In this document: positions 50,303 to 58,954 of the stretch, one piece after another
Position numbering within the stretch: position 1 is the stretch's first letter
Layout of the letters: every line of letters begins with the position of its first letter
Assembly: GCA_023229435.1 (NCBI GenBank)
Contig: JALNZF010000012.1
Location: 30,086 to 94,085, forward strand
Direction: 5' to 3'
From: Nitrospirota bacterium
GTDB lineage: Bacteria > Nitrospirota > UBA9217
DNA: 64,000 bases
The notes under the pieces: model-generated
Database searches by the model: none
Seen by the model: only the letters and a program-made list of their open reading frames with translations
What the model was told of the DNA's origin: nothing
Program-made: the position numbers and the translations under genes

Positions 50303-51211
50303 ATGCGAGGAAACCCTGTGATGCGATACGCTGCATTGATGATTCTGCTCCTGCTGCCCATGCACGCCTTCGGGGAGGAACAGCAGATACGATTTAAACA
50401 TGACCGTTCACTCTATGCCGACGACAAGGGAGGCGGTTTGAACCAGCCGGAGGGCGTCGCCTGCAGCAAAAATCGACTGGTGGTCGCGGATAGCGGAAAC
50501 GGCAGGCTCGTCCTCTACTCGATCGTCGACGGCGAACCCCGGGGAGGAACGGAGATCCGTCTTCCCCAGGTGGTCTATCCCGCGCGCGTTGCGATGAACA
50601 CGAAAGGAGACCTGTATGTGCTCGACGCGCGGCAGCGAAAGATCGCGCGTCTCACCGCGGAAGGGGTCTTTCAGCACTACGTTGACCTGGCGAGCGGACC
50701 GACCGTGGCCATGGTTGTTCCCGCCGGCTTAAGCCTTGACGGCAATGACAATCTCTATGTGCTCGACATCGGCGGTGGAAGGATCATGGTCTTCGGGGAC
50801 GATGGAAAGTTTCAGCGGCAGATCTCCCTTCCGAAGGAGTATGGTTTCATCACCGACCTCGCCGTGGACGCGAAGGGGACGATTTTCCTGATCGACAGCG
50901 TCAGCGCCATTGTATATTCAAATGCCAAAGCCCCGGCGGTTTTCGCGCCGATCACCGCAACATTGAAAGACGACTTGAAATTCGCCTCGAACATTGTAGT
51001 AGATAACAAGGGACTCCTGTTCATCAGCGATCAAAACGGCGGCGGCGTCCTCGCGGTGAACCAGGACGGAACAAGCCGGAGGCTTTTCAGTTTGGGATGG
51101 AAGGAAGGAATGCTCCGGTATCCCTCGCAGCTCTGCATCAATCCGGACGGCGATCTGTATGTCGCGGACAGGGCAAACAGCCGGATCCAGCAGTTTACAC
51201 CGCTAAAATAG
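50303..51211 (+). CDS. NHL-repeat beta-propeller protein
   Basis: 302 aa. Signal peptide. Repeated NHL-type blades (P.GVA......VVADSGN.R.V.Y; DLYVLDARQRKIARL; NLYVLDIGGGRIMVF; LFISDQNGGGVLAVN; DLYVADRANSRIQQF). Confidence 0.65.
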   Translation: MRGNPVMRYAALMILLLLPMHAFGEEQQIRFKHDRSLYADDKGGGLNQPEGVACSKNRLVVADSGNGRLVLYSIVDGEPRGGTEIRLPQVVYPARVAMNTKGDLYVLDARQRKIARLTAEGVFQHYVDLASGPTVAMVVPAGLSLDGNDNLYVLDIGGGRIMVFGDDGKFQRQISLPKEYGFITDLAVDAKGTIFLIDSVSAIVYSNAKAPAVFAPITATLKDDLKFASNIVVDNKGLLFISDQNGGGVLAVNQDGTSRRLFSLGWKEGMLRYPSQLCINPDGDLYVADRANSRIQQFTPLK

Positions 51212-51271
51212 ATCGCTGTTGTTCCGGCAGAAACTTAGTTTCGCAGTATCTAGATCACGCCCATGCCATGC

Positions 51272-51310
51272 AGGCCTCACTGAAACCACGGTCAGTGAGG
51301 CCTTTACTAT
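51272..51310 (+). terminator. rho-independent terminator candidate
   Basis: Perfect 12-bp stem AGGCCTCACTGA/TCAGTGAGGCCT with an 8-nt loop, 60 nt after the NHL gene stop. The downstream T-run is weak (TTACTAT). Confidence 0.5.
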
Positions 51311-51444
51311 GCAGGGACATCGTTCACGAATGCCATGCGGGATTGTTCCTCCTGTGAAAATAATTATACATTATCAATGTCCGGCGACAGCAAGCCGGAG
51401 TTGTATTTCAACGTTGACCGTTCAGCTCATAAAGGTGCGAATCC

Positions 51445-53268
51445 ATGATACGTCTGTTTCGCAAAACCCACATTATACCTGCGCTGATCTTCCTCGTCGG
51501 GTTCCTGGCGTACGCGAACACGTTCACGGTCCCCTTTCAGTTCGATGACGACGCCTATATCGTCAACAACCCGATCATCAGGACATTCCACTATTTTTTT
51601 GCCCCATCGGAAGTAACCGGCCTTACGGAGCGCACCCCGACGGCCGTCCCCCCCGCATTACGCTATGCCTTCATGACCCGCATGCTGGGGTATTTCACGT
51701 TTGCCGTCAACTATCACCTGCACGGCCTGGACGTGATCGGCTATCACGCGGTGAATCTGGCGATCCACCTTCTGAACGGTATGTTCGTCTTCCTGATTCT
51801 CAGGACCACCCTGAAAAGAGTCCGCTTCACGGATGCAGCCGCCGAGAGGATTAAGCACGAAGATTTCTTCGCGGGCAGCATCGCGCTGCTCTTCGTGAGC
51901 CACCCGATCCAGACCCAGGCCGTAACCTATATTTCACAGCGCTTTGCGTCGCTGGCGGCCTTCTTCTACCTTCTGTCGTTCCTTCTGTACCTCCGCTCCT
52001 GCCTGTCTTCGGCCGGACGATGGCGAACGGCGGCCTATGGCGGCGCCCTCGTTTCCGCCGTCGCCGCAATGCTGACCAAGGAGTTCACTATTACCCTGCC
52101 GCTCATGCTGGCGCTGTACGATATAACCTTCCTTCCGGGAAGCATGCGAGACCGGATCAGGAGACTTGCGCCCTTTGCAGCCACCCTCGCGATCATCCCG
52201 GCGCTGGTGTTCATCCAGCAGGGCACGCTGCATGACCTGGACAGTACCATGCGGACCATTACCGCGGCTGATTCGAGCAACATCCCCCGGGGGCACTATC
52301 TCCTGACCCAGTTCCGCGTCGTGGCGCTCTACCTCAGGCTGCTCTTCATTCCTCTGGGGCAGAACATCGACCACGACGTCCCGGTTTATACCTCGCTCTT
52401 TGCACCCGCAGTTCTATTTTCGTTCCTGCTGCTGCTTCTCCTCATTGCCGCCGCGCTGTGGCTCTACGTTGTCTCGAAAAGGAAGCCCGGGCATCCGGAG
52501 CTCATGCTGGCGGCCTTCGGGATACTCTGGTTCTTCATCACCCTGTCGGTTGAATCAAGCATCATCCCCCTGGGCGAGCTGGCGGCCGAATACCGGCTTT
52601 ATCTTCCATCGATCGGCATCAGCATGGCTGTTGTCTCGCTCGGTCATTACGCAGCAAAAATGTTTTCGCTGCGACCTTCCTTCCTGTACGGCGCGTGCGC
52701 GCTGGTCGTCATTGCGTTGTCAACTGCATCCTCGCTGAGAAACACGGTTTGGGCCAGCGAAACCGCGCTCTGGGAAGACGCGGCCCGAAAAAGTCCCGCG
52801 AGGGTGCGGCCTCATCAGAACCTCGGAACGTATTACGGAACGCAGGGACGCCTGGAGGATGCAAAACGAGAGCTGCTGGCCGCCCTGGCGCTGGCGCCGG
52901 CGGATTTTGAACTGCACAACAACCTTGGAGTGATATATAAGCGAATGGGATTATTCGACGAAGCCGAGAGAGAATACACGATTGTGCTCAAGCTTTCTCC
53001 CGGCGACGTCATGGCCCGCTACAACCTGGGGAATGTTTACCTGGCTCAAGGGAAAGTACCGGAGGCCATCCGGGAATACGAGTTGACGGTGAAACTCATT
53101 CCAGACTACGACGAGGCCCATAACAACCTCGGCATTGCCTATCAGAAGAGCGGGCAGTTCGACGCGGCGATCCGCGAATTCAACCGGGCGCTGCAGCTCA
53201 ACCCTCAAAATGAACATGTCCGCAGGAACCTCGAAGCTGCCGTCAGAAAATTGTCCCTGCCGCACTGA
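51445..53268 (+). CDS. TMTC-like TPR membrane protein (paralog); in-frame TGA followed by further TPR-coding sequence
   Basis: 607 aa. Motifs: FQFDDDAYIVNNP, HGLDVIGYHAVNLAIH, HPIQTQAVTYISQR, AAEYRLYLPSIG, then TPRs. After the TGA at 53266-53268 the same frame stays open for 65 codons encoding a clean TPR (HYNLGVVLAAQEKLHDAEKYFQEALRINPNYSDALSALE) up to a TGA at 53462. Confidence 0.75.
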   Translation: MIRLFRKTHIIPALIFLVGFLAYANTFTVPFQFDDDAYIVNNPIIRTFHYFFAPSEVTGLTERTPTAVPPALRYAFMTRMLGYFTFAVNYHLHGLDVIGYHAVNLAIHLLNGMFVFLILRTTLKRVRFTDAAAERIKHEDFFAGSIALLFVSHPIQTQAVTYISQRFASLAAFFYLLSFLLYLRSCLSSAGRWRTAAYGGALVSAVAAMLTKEFTITLPLMLALYDITFLPGSMRDRIRRLAPFAATLAIIPALVFIQQGTLHDLDSTMRTITAADSSNIPRGHYLLTQFRVVALYLRLLFIPLGQNIDHDVPVYTSLFAPAVLFSFLLLLLLIAAALWLYVVSKRKPGHPELMLAAFGILWFFITLSVESSIIPLGELAAEYRLYLPSIGISMAVVSLGHYAAKMFSLRPSFLYGACALVVIALSTASSLRNTVWASETALWEDAARKSPARVRPHQNLGTYYGTQGRLEDAKRELLAALALAPADFELHNNLGVIYKRMGLFDEAEREYTIVLKLSPGDVMARYNLGNVYLAQGKVPEAIREYELTVKLIPDYDEAHNNLGIAYQKSGQFDAAIREFNRALQLNPQNEHVRRNLEAAVRKLSLPH

Positions 53269-53612
53269 CACCAGGAGGCCTTACGTACGAACCCGTTTTC
53301 ATCGCAAATACATTATAATCTCGGAGTAGTGCTGGCGGCTCAAGAAAAACTCCACGATGCGGAAAAATATTTTCAGGAGGCATTGCGGATTAATCCGAAT
53401 TATAGCGATGCCCTGAGCGCTTTGGAGGCCAACAGGCGCCGCCTTATGGAGCGATACATGTGACGATATCGGCAGCGCTGCCATCTTTGTTGTCGGGAGT
53501 TTCCGGGTTGAAGCGCTCCCTGTGGGGGCGGAACAGGAGCTACGGTCGTGTCTGTTGAATCTATGGTCCCTGTATCGAATACGGCAACGGCTGCTCGTCA
53601 CGGGAAAGGAAA

Positions 53613-53633
53613 GGCCCGGCATTATGCCGGGCC
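53613..53633. terminator. bidirectional hairpin terminator candidate between convergent genes
   Basis: GGCCCGGCA-tta-TGCCGGGCC perfect 9-bp stem. Lies between the convergent TMTC gene (+) and the cytochrome gene (-). Confidence 0.5.
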
Positions 53634-53680
53634 GTCTTGAGACAAACCATATTACACTGTGTGTAACAGTGTTGCATTGT

Positions 53681-54631
53681 TTAATGACAGGCAAAACATA
53701 GAGTCTTGAACTTTGCATATACGGTGGCGGTTCCGTTAGCATGCTGTGCTGCTGCGGCTGAATTAATCTGGTAACCATGGCCACCCGAACTGAGAGCGAT
53801 CGGCACATAATTAGGATACGGTTTTGTCGGGTCGTTATGGCAAAGCTCGCAATCATTGGGACCAGGACCAGCTCCGAGATTCTGACTGTTGGCGTGGTTG
53901 CCACTATGCCAGGGGTAGTAATTATTATTATAGGAAGATGGATTACCGTGGCAAGCCGTGCAGCCCACACCTGTTGCATACCAAGATGGCGTATTCCCAA
54001 CGATATTTCCACCATAAGGCGCCGTCTTCAGTTCAGGTATCGGATATCCATCCGCGTCCATTTCATTGCCGGGCATGTAATAGCTGAACGTGCCGGCCTT
54101 AACACCATGGCAAGCAATGTTCGAGCAAGTCTTGGATGCCGCATCAAAGGACGGTGGTGTGCCGGTGCCGGTGGCCGGTCCGGCCGGATTGAAGCATAAG
54201 ATGCCGCCGACCATGTGACAAATCGAGCAAGCGAAACCGGCATGTTTGGGATGCGCGCCTGTTCCGTCGCTTGTCACGCAAGGCGCGCTCCTGACTTCGT
54301 CCTGGGTCATTGACCTGTTGTTGACGTTAGGCAGAGACGATGTTGTGTTCGCGCTCTGACTCGCATAATAATCGTCGACGGTATTGTCGTGAGGTACCCA
54401 TTGATTGCCATCATAGATGTATGTCCGGTTATCGGCCTTGCTGAAAAAACGCTGGCCAAATACGGCGTTGAGCGGGGTCCCTTCTATTTGCGGAGCTGTT
54501 GTATTATTCCCCGGCTGCCAATGCCCTTTGTCAGAGCTGGAACCACATCCCGGACCGAGCAGAATTGCCGCTGCAATCAATGACACAAGAGCAGCAACAA
54601 CTACAAAAATACTTACATTTAATTTTTTCAT
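53681..54631 (-). CDS. multiheme c-type cytochrome (4 CXXCH + 1 CX4CH motif)
   Basis: ORF open to 54664. ATG at 54631 has a perfect AAGGAG RBS at 6-nt spacing (minus strand). Signal peptide MKKLNVSIFVVVAALVSLIAAAILLG. Motifs CSICH, CTACH, CELCH, CFACH plus CSNIACH (CX4CH, as in some cytochromes c3). Confidence 0.7.
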   Translation of the reverse strand: MKKLNVSIFVVVAALVSLIAAAILLGPGCGSSSDKGHWQPGNNTTAPQIEGTPLNAVFGQRFFSKADNRTYIYDGNQWVPHDNTVDDYYASQSANTTSSLPNVNNRSMTQDEVRSAPCVTSDGTGAHPKHAGFACSICHMVGGILCFNPAGPATGTGTPPSFDAASKTCSNIACHGVKAGTFSYYMPGNEMDADGYPIPELKTAPYGGNIVGNTPSWYATGVGCTACHGNPSSYNNNYYPWHSGNHANSQNLGAGPGPNDCELCHNDPTKPYPNYVPIALSSGGHGYQINSAAAAQHANGTATVYAKFKTLCFACH

Positions 54632-55110
54632 GAGCTTCTCCTTAATTATGAAGATAGAATCCAACTGCTCCTACCTTATGGTTATCGTGAGATCGCCTTC
54701 GCGCTGTCCCTGGAGCCACGCGTGTAACTCCAGAAACGATATCCCTCTTTAAGCCTGCTCTGCGGTCAGCAGAGCGAATGATCACCGACGGTTTTATTGG
54801 GGATCGAAAACGAACTGCAGAGCGGACAAGCGCATCTTTGTCCAGACGCCCGATGAAAGTGACTTTGTCTGCTATCGCGAAAAGAGGAGGCCATACAAGC
54901 CATCCAGACAATCGCGAGCTGATCAGGCATGAGGACGCACGACGCCTACCCGATTGCGGCATGAGAATCAGATACAAAACATCATGGTTTTATAATGAAT
55001 GAACCGGCGTAAAAACATTAGCAATTTATTTATATCAGCAATTGGCCATTTTGTAAAGATAAAAAACGGTTATATTTGAACAGCTCAAAGCACATAAAAC
55101 GATGAACACA

Positions 55111-56253
55111 TCAGTCTCTGATATGACACTTATTGCAGAGACCTCTCTGGGAACCGGCAAACCGGGTGACCGGCCTGTCATAGTATGCCTTCTGTGTCTC
55201 AGCCTCGGTGCGCCCCTGTGCATTCCTTGCAGGCGAACCATTATTGTTCCCGGGGTAAACACTATTTTGCACGATAAACTCCGATGCCATATTCCATCGT
55301 GCCAGATGGTCCCAGGCGGAAGCGTGCGCCCGGTGACAGGTGAGACACATCACATTGGAACCAAAACCAGGCCCCATGGTGTAAGTGCCGTTGTTTTTTG
55401 CATGCTGCTCGAGGACCATCCGGTCGTCAGTCCCTTCCTCAAACGGAACCAGCGCGGTATAGGAAGCATCGCCCTTCCCATTGATGTCACCTGATTTCAC
55501 ATAGGCGTTGTAATTGGAAATGATCTCGTTCGTACACTGGGCGCCATTGCAGACAGGGTGTCCGTAAGCTCCGGTACAACCGTTCATGTGGCAATTTGAA
55601 CACCATTCAGACATCCCCCTGCCATAGGCGACCCTTGTGTCTGTTACCGCCTCAGACCTGTTGTAGTCACGTGGTGCAACAGCAACCGGCGCAGCAACAG
55701 TGAAAGGCATCCCCGGCGCTGACCTCGTTGTATAGCCGATCCCGCCCAGAAGACGATAGGCGCTGGTGGCAATGTTGCCGTGCGGATCATGGCAGCTGAT
55801 ACAGGAAAGCGCGCTGCTGGGATATGTTCCGCCCGGTGTTGTGCTATGCCTGCTGTCCGCTTGATACCCATAGTCTAGCGCAACAATATTATGGCCATGC
55901 CGTTCGCCCGGGCTGTCCTGTGTGGACCCCGATTCTTTCCAGGAATAGCTCTTTTTTAAATAGCCGAAGTCTCCGCCGGGAGTCATCTGTGAGGGCGGCA
56001 TACCCGCTCCTAAATCGTGCCCATTGGACGCACTGTAATGGCCAATGGGTCTCCGGGTGCCCATCGGCGCTTGATGGCATCGAAGACAGACGGAACCTGC
56101 ATCGGACCCGCGCAACGCGCCCTTCTCGTCCTCATGACATTCCCTGCACTCTCCGGCGCCTCCTGCATGAAAGGCTTCTCCTGTGCGGGGGATACAAAGT
56201 GCAAGGAAGAATGCCATGAGAAAAACAACATATGACCTGAAACCAGGCTCCAT
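55111..56253 (-). CDS. OmcS-like hexaheme c-type cytochrome, divergent subtype
   Basis: ORF open to 56295. The ATG at 56253 (MEPGFRSYVVFLMAFFLALCIPRTGEA|FHAGGAGECRECHEDEKG) has an AAGGAG RBS. Six CXXCH (CRECH, CLRCH, CISCH, CSNCH, CLTCH, CNKCH). Family blocks GGDFGYLKKSYSWK, GHNIVALDYGY, CISCHDPHGN, AYRLLGG, WCSNCH, CLTCHRAHASAWDHL, CNKCHIRD. Confidence 0.75.
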   Translation of the reverse strand: MEPGFRSYVVFLMAFFLALCIPRTGEAFHAGGAGECRECHEDEKGALRGSDAGSVCLRCHQAPMGTRRPIGHYSASNGHDLGAGMPPSQMTPGGDFGYLKKSYSWKESGSTQDSPGERHGHNIVALDYGYQADSRHSTTPGGTYPSSALSCISCHDPHGNIATSAYRLLGGIGYTTRSAPGMPFTVAAPVAVAPRDYNRSEAVTDTRVAYGRGMSEWCSNCHMNGCTGAYGHPVCNGAQCTNEIISNYNAYVKSGDINGKGDASYTALVPFEEGTDDRMVLEQHAKNNGTYTMGPGFGSNVMCLTCHRAHASAWDHLARWNMASEFIVQNSVYPGNNNGSPARNAQGRTEAETQKAYYDRPVTRFAGSQRGLCNKCHIRD

Positions 56254-56370
56254 GCTGCTCCTTAAAAAACCGCGACAGAACAATGTGATACACATTCACT
56301 GTTCAATCGTTCTTGTCCTGTTGACCCTGTTGCACCCAGGTAAGTATGGTAAAGCATCATCATTCGTCCA

Positions 56371-56452
56371 ATGATATCAAGTTACCCGATCCAAAGCAAG
56401 CCGCATTTTTTATTAATGATCCTTGCACTATTGGAAGACTTTTGTTAAAGTA
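56371..56452. promoter_or_regulatory. conserved divergent promoter block (copy 1), duplicated at 60216..60305
   Basis: Plus-strand sigma70-like promoter: -35 TTGCAC (56423-56428), exact 17-nt spacer, -10 TAAAGT (56446-56451). Minus-strand promoter: -35 TTGCTT (complement of 56394-56399), 17-nt spacer, -10 TATCAT (complement of 56371-56376). The whole block is conserved in the second copy. Confidence 0.35.
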
Positions 56453-56720
56453 TTTGTAACTACACAGGTTGTCAGGTTCAAGATTCAGTATTCAGGATGA
56501 ACAAGCAACACAGGAACGGCTCGACCATTCAACATGCTCATGGTGGCGAGCAACGTCGAACCACTGAACTCGGCGAAGTCTTTGTCTTTGAACCTATTAT
56601 CCATCACGTTGAGATGCGTTCAGCAAGGTCAATTATTCAAATCGTTTGATATTTGCGGCTTTCCAACCTTAGAACTGTTACCCTGGAACTTTGAACCTGA
56701 TCTGAACAAGGAGGAGCGCT

Positions 56721-57860
56721 ATGGGACTTACCACCCGGAGAAAGTACCGTTTATTTCTCTTTGTTAACTCGTTGGTGCTCGTATTGCCTGGCGCCGCGAT
56801 CAACGGAAGGGACGCGTTCCGGTCGTTTCCCGCGCACCTCGGCAAAGGCTATCACAACGTACGGGCCCTCGTGCAGGACGTCGGGATAGCGCTGTTCAGG
56901 AGGATTACGATGCTCGATGTCGTTTTTCCGCTCTTTATCGTTCTGGCAATCCTCTTCTCTGCCGACGCGGCGGATGCCTGGAACAGGGCTACAGGAGCAC
57001 AGTACGGCAGGGTCGTCATCAGGAACTACTCCAGGAATGCCGGACTTGCCCCTGTGGTATTCGACCACTGGTTCCACCGGTCCAGATTCACCTGCAGGCT
57101 TTGTCATGTCGATATCGGTTTTGCCATGGAGGCGGGTGGTACGGAAATTACAGCAGCAATGAACAAGCAGGGGCTCTACTGCGGCGCCTGCCATGACGGC
57201 AAAAGGACCTTTGACGGTAAAAAGATCTTCGCGGCGTGTTCTGAGGGCGTTTCAAAGGAAGAGTCTTTGCGATGCGACCGGTGTCATTCGCGAGGCAAGA
57301 AAGTTGCGAGGGAATATGATTTTACCGCCTTTAGAGAAAAAATGCCGAAGACCGTCCTTGGAAACGGGATCAACTGGGAGGAGGCCGAAGCAAAAGGACT
57401 CATTAAGCCCGTTGATTTCCTCGAAGGAGTGTCGGTGCAGCGACCATCCTTGAAGACGCAAAAGGACTTTTCGATAGAAGTGAAATCCTCATGGATGGAC
57501 AAGGTGCTCTTTTCGCATAAGAAGCACGCTGTCTGGAACGGATGCGAGGTCTGCCACCCGGAGATCTTTCCCAGCGTGAAGAAGGGCGCAACGAAGTATT
57601 CCATGTTTGAGATAGTCAGCGGTCAATACTGCGGCGTATGTCATGACAAGGTCGCATTTCCCTTACAGGATTGTCAACGCTGCCACACACAACAGGTCGA
57701 GATGGGGGGCGGCGCTCCCCGATTGAGAAGGGATGAACGGAAAACCACCGCTTCCCCCGGGACTTTTTTTAAGATGGTATCTGAAAGAGAGATGGATTGT
57801 GACAGCGCGTATAAACAGTTTGTTTTTTTGGTAACCCTTCCTGATGTTCCAACTCGCTAG
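56721..57860 (+). CDS. membrane-anchored hexaheme c-type cytochrome (c3/c7-like heme-binding motifs)
   Basis: AAGGAGG RBS. N-terminal ~85 aa has two hydrophobic helices (RLFLFVNSLVLVLPGAAI; MLDVVFPLFIVLAILFSA). Then VVFDHWFHRSRFTCRLCH, a c3/c7-type F.H..H......C..CH motif, and five more CXXCH (CGACH, CDRCH, CEVCH, CGVCH, CQRCH). Confidence 0.75.
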   Translation: MGLTTRRKYRLFLFVNSLVLVLPGAAINGRDAFRSFPAHLGKGYHNVRALVQDVGIALFRRITMLDVVFPLFIVLAILFSADAADAWNRATGAQYGRVVIRNYSRNAGLAPVVFDHWFHRSRFTCRLCHVDIGFAMEAGGTEITAAMNKQGLYCGACHDGKRTFDGKKIFAACSEGVSKEESLRCDRCHSRGKKVAREYDFTAFREKMPKTVLGNGINWEEAEAKGLIKPVDFLEGVSVQRPSLKTQKDFSIEVKSSWMDKVLFSHKKHAVWNGCEVCHPEIFPSVKKGATKYSMFEIVSGQYCGVCHDKVAFPLQDCQRCHTQQVEMGGGAPRLRRDERKTTASPGTFFKMVSEREMDCDSAYKQFVFLVTLPDVPTR

Positions 57861-57929
57861 GTCCAGACGATAATCCCCGCGGCAAAGCGATGGGGCCATC
57901 GGTCACGATTTTGTTACCGGAGATATCCG

Positions 57930-58718
57930 ATGCATAAAACAATAATATCGACAATTTTGTACGTAACGCTCGTCGTCGCAGTTGTTGCGGCTGACGACAA
58001 GCAATGCAAGTCTTCGGGTGATGTTGAACAGTACTGGAAGTCTCATCAGCAGGATAAGGCATTCGAGTGCCTTAATAACCTGATACTGGCGGACCCGGCG
58101 GACCCTAAGCTGCATTTGCTTAAGGGCAGCTATTGCCTGAGTCAGGGCAACCTGTCCTGCGCAAAAGAACAATTCAATATCAAGTCAGTAAGGAGCAAAT
58201 TTGCTGTTGAAATAGCTGATCTGTACAAAAAGGAGGCCGACTATTTATACCACGAAGCCGCTTCCCTTAATCCGGCCATTCGCGTCGAGATCGTCAAAAG
58301 AGCATTCCAGGACAATAAACAGGCCCTTGGCCTGTTCCACCTGGATGAGGCCAGGAAATGGGCAAAAAGGCCGGGTTTTGAAGTAGCGGCCGATGAACAT
58401 AAGCAATTCGCCCGGAAATATCTCGGTGACGACGAGGTGGAAAGGGAATTGCCGGAAGTTATCATCCTGGCACCTCGGAAAAGGGCTTATGAGTTTAAGT
58501 TGGCAAAAGGCGAACAGACGAGCTCGTGGATAGCATGGGATGATAAGATAACCAGCCATATCCATTTTTACGAAGTCGATAATGATAAATTCGAAATACA
58601 CTATAAAAACGGAGATTTAGTAAGAGTATGGGCGGGAGAGAAGGTCCCCAAAAAACCGTACGATCAGTTCAAGATAGTTGCTATTGACGATACGATGGTA
58701 TTGATCGTGGTTGATTAA
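57930..58718 (+). CDS. hypothetical secreted protein
   Basis: 262 aa. GGAGA RBS. N-terminal hydrophobic signal (ISTILYVTLVVAVVAA). No recognisable catalytic motifs. Possible helical-repeat N-terminus. Confidence 0.5.
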   Translation: MHKTIISTILYVTLVVAVVAADDKQCKSSGDVEQYWKSHQQDKAFECLNNLILADPADPKLHLLKGSYCLSQGNLSCAKEQFNIKSVRSKFAVEIADLYKKEADYLYHEAASLNPAIRVEIVKRAFQDNKQALGLFHLDEARKWAKRPGFEVAADEHKQFARKYLGDDEVERELPEVIILAPRKRAYEFKLAKGEQTSSWIAWDDKITSHIHFYEVDNDKFEIHYKNGDLVRVWAGEKVPKKPYDQFKIVAIDDTMVLIVVD

Positions 58719-58954
58719 AGACCGTAAATGACAGAGGAAGCTGATGCTGTTCCCCTCGTCAACAGCACCGTTCACCGTTCCCGGAAAGATAACGTCGAAA
58801 ATCCATGATGAAAAACAGCAGGTGGACACGTTGAAGGAACGGCTAGATGAGAGATCTGGTTCTCGGGGGATTCGGCGCGTGAGAAGTTGCAGAAGTAGGG
58901 GTTGAAGCAGGCAGGCCCGTCAACAATATCCGCTCATGGTTCCGGGAGGGCACC

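Noticed and set aside
53299-54015. 238-aa minus-strand ORF overlapping the 3' end of the cytochrome gene 53681..54631
   Set aside because: A different frame overlapping a gene with perfect RBS and heme motifs. The translation is compositionally odd and partly covers the terminator hairpin. Judged spurious.
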